Shown: positions 61,570 to 64,000 of the stretch, piece by piece
Layout of the letters: every line of letters begins with the position of its first letter
How positions within the stretch are numbered: the stretch's first letter is position 1
Assembly: GCF_052425735.1 (NCBI RefSeq)
Contig: NC_135761.1
Location: 35,216,001 to 35,280,000, forward strand
DNA from: Oculina patagonica
Lineage: Eukaryota
Direction: 5' to 3'
DNA: 64,000 nucleotides
Position numbers and translations under genes: made by a program
The notes under the pieces: model-generated
Databases searched by the model: none
What the model saw: the letters and a program-made list of their open reading frames with translations, nothing else
Told to the model about the DNA's origin: nothing

Positions 61570-64000
61570 ATGGATAATTAAGATTAGATTGATACGAAAG
61601 ATTATTCCATTATTTCAAGCAAACTGTCCTTTTGTGCTTGGAATATCAATGGCTTATCCTCTAAAAATTTTGGAAACAAGCTGCAAAATATTGATTTTTT
61701 AAACGTAATTAATAATTTTCATTTTATAGTATTAACAGAAATTGGGAATTGCTGTGACTTAGAAATAGAGGGATATAAATCATTTATTCAATGTCCTACT
61801 CCAAACCAATCGAAAAAGGGTGGTCGAAATTCCGGAGGAATAGCTTTGCTTTATAAGAAAGAGCTTCAGAAATATATTTCAATTACGAAAACAACTGATA
61901 ATTTTATATGGTTCAAAATCGACAAATCTCTCCTAAATTCGGTAAAGGATATTTTTGTTTGCGGTGTATATATACCTCCGTGTAACTCAAAATATTTCGA
62001 TACTGAAATATTTGATCAATTCGAGCAAGATATTCTACATTTCTCCTCTTCAGGATCAGTTATTCTTATGGGTGACTTTAATTCAAGAACCGGCAAATAC
62101 TCCGACACTGTTTCCCAAGAAGGAAACAACATTATCACCAATGATCAGTCAGAATCAGCTTTCCAAACACCACAAAGAAACAGTTTCGACAATGTATTAA
62201 ATAATCATGGGAAAAAACTACTTGAATTATGCAAAAACTTTGACCTAAGAATAGTCAATGGAAGAGTTAATGGAGATACTCTCGGTAGACCCACCTTTCA
62301 TGGAAGAAACGGGACAAGTGTCATCGACTACATTATATGTGATCAGAGCACATTTTTGAATATTACCGGCTTTGTTGTTAAACCGTCCTACTTGTCGGAC
62401 CACAGTGCTATTGCAGCATGGTTTAACCTCAGCACGAACTTACCAGAAAGCGAAACCCAATCTTTACATTCTACCAGCAGTTTACTACGTTTACCACGGC
62501 AGTTCTGTTGGGAAAATGATTCATACTCAAAATTTAGAAACACATTACGTACGGAACCAATTCAAATTCTAATCAGAGAATATTTGGATCGAAGCTCTGA
62601 AGATGTAAACGTCTCGTTAGCTGATACTATGAACATTCTTACTGCGACATCAAAAATTTGCCTCAAGATTAAAAGTAAAAGAATTCGTAAACGTATAAAA
62701 AAAACATCTAATAAAAAATGGTTTGACCGTGAATGTCGACTAAAAAGACATGAATTGCGAAAATTATCAAACAGAAAACATCGCAATCCTCTAGACCCTG
62801 AATTACGGGAGAAATTTCACAAAACCTTGAATGATTATAAAAAGCTAATTGACTCAAAAAGGAAAAAGTTTCAGGACGAAAAAACGATGAGCGACACTAT
62901 CGACGAAAACGCTCCCGCCCCAATCTCAGAAGAAACATGGCTTAATCATTTCCAATCCTTACATTCCAAAAACACGACGGTTTCCATACCTGAGCATGAA
63001 GTTTGTGAACTGCAAAGATTAGAAAATGGAAAAGAACAGATTAACAACTTAGATCACGAAATAAATGAGCAAGAAATACGTCAAGCGGTAAAGAAACTGA
63101 AGAACAAAAAATCGCCATTTGCTGACAAAATAAGAAATGAAATGATCAAAGCGAGCCTTGAATCACTTATGCCTGTTTATATCAAACTTTTCAACCTTAT
63201 TCTGCGATCAGGACATATGCCAGATGTTTGGTGTCAAGGCCTTATAACCCCAATCTACAAATCAGGTGACAAGAGTGATCCGACAAACTATAGAGGCATA
63301 TGTGTTTCTAGTTGTCTTGGTAAGCTATTTTGTTCCATTCTGAATCAAAGATTATACTTATATTTTGAAGACAACAAGATTTTACATAATTCACAAATTG
63401 GCTTTCTGCTGAAAACCGCACTGCAGACCATGTTTTTACCTTACGAACCCTAATAGATAAATATGTCCACTACCACAAAGAGAAAATCTATGCTTGCTTC
63501 GTAGATTTCCGCAAAGCTTTCGACTCCGTTTGGCACGAGGGATTATTTTATAAGTTACTCAAAGTAAACATAGGAGGAAATTTTTACAATTTAATTAAAA
63601 GCCTTTACTGCAACTCTTCATGCTCAATAAGAGTCGGAGAAAACAAAACACGATCTTTCGCATACTCACGAGGTGTACGTCAAGGGTGTATCCTAAGCCC
63701 CCTTTTATTTAATCTCTTTATAAATAATTTGCCATATTTATTTGAAAACACTCTATCTGATCCATTTGTACTTCCAAATGGAACAAAAATAAACTCCCTG
63801 TTGTACGCAGATGATTTGATTATACTATCAAGATCCAAAGTTGGATTGCAGAACTGTTTAAACGTCCTTTCGTCCTATTGCGAAACGTGGATGCTAAAAA
63901 TCAATCCAAAGAAAACAAAAATAATGATATTTCAAAAACGCCAAAGAAAGTCCATTGACATCAGCCTCAATATAGGCACTGAATCAATTGAAATTGTTCA
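61570..64000 (+). pseudogene. LINE ORF2p: AP endonuclease + reverse transcriptase, disrupted
   Basis: AWNING, LTE, SGGIA, VYIPP, MGDFNSR, SVIDY, LSDH (APE). PIYKSGD...NYRGI, frameshift ~63410, then FVDFRKAFDSV, GVRQGCILSPLLF, LLYADD (RT). Stops at 61579 and 61585 follow the ATG at 61570. Confidence 0.92.

Larger units (their letters stand above)
59819..64000 (+). mobile_element. Non-LTR retrotransposon (RTEX or L2/CR1 group), probably 5'-truncated, runs off window
   Basis: ORF1 esterase followed by ORF2 APE+RT; begins abruptly at the end of array B. Confidence 0.92.

Noticed and set aside
63390-63420. Programmed frameshift in LINE ORF2
   Set aside because: No slippery heptamer or stem, and it falls inside the conserved RT region; an ordinary inactivating indel.

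Overview
Eukaryotic, AT-rich, almost entirely repeat-derived DNA with spliceosomal GT-AG genes. The repeat types resemble a cnidarian such as a stony coral (inference). It is a nest of transposons: a decayed AcademX (XPG nuclease + Cys-rich finger), several AcademH-type pieces (RecQ fragments, hairpin ends, 9-bp TSDs), a MULE/SWIM pseudogene, an ISL2EU/Harbinger-like remnant, MITEs and a non-LTR retrotransposon (esterase ORF1, APE+RT ORF2) running off the right edge. The main finding is a very large P-element-like DDE transposase gene (16984-23639). Its N-terminal DNA-binding ORF (RFX-like winged helix, Zn finger, PIP-degron-like motif) joins the catalytic ORF (DDE core, chromodomain, SIM, Ulp1 protease) at a canonical -1 frameshift signal: T TTA AAC, then TGA, then a 12-bp perfect stem. 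This is IS1/IS3-like recoding in a eukaryotic DNA transposon. The second finding is a phase-consistent 7-exon SF3/DUF927-like helicase gene lying between two oppositely oriented 10-bp minisatellite arrays, a candidate large foldback-like element. Also present are three stand-alone HIRAN ORFs, an OB-fold ORF, a DUF3987-like remnant and a divergent CUT+homeodomain pseudogene. All domain calls come from motif recognition by eye, not database searches.
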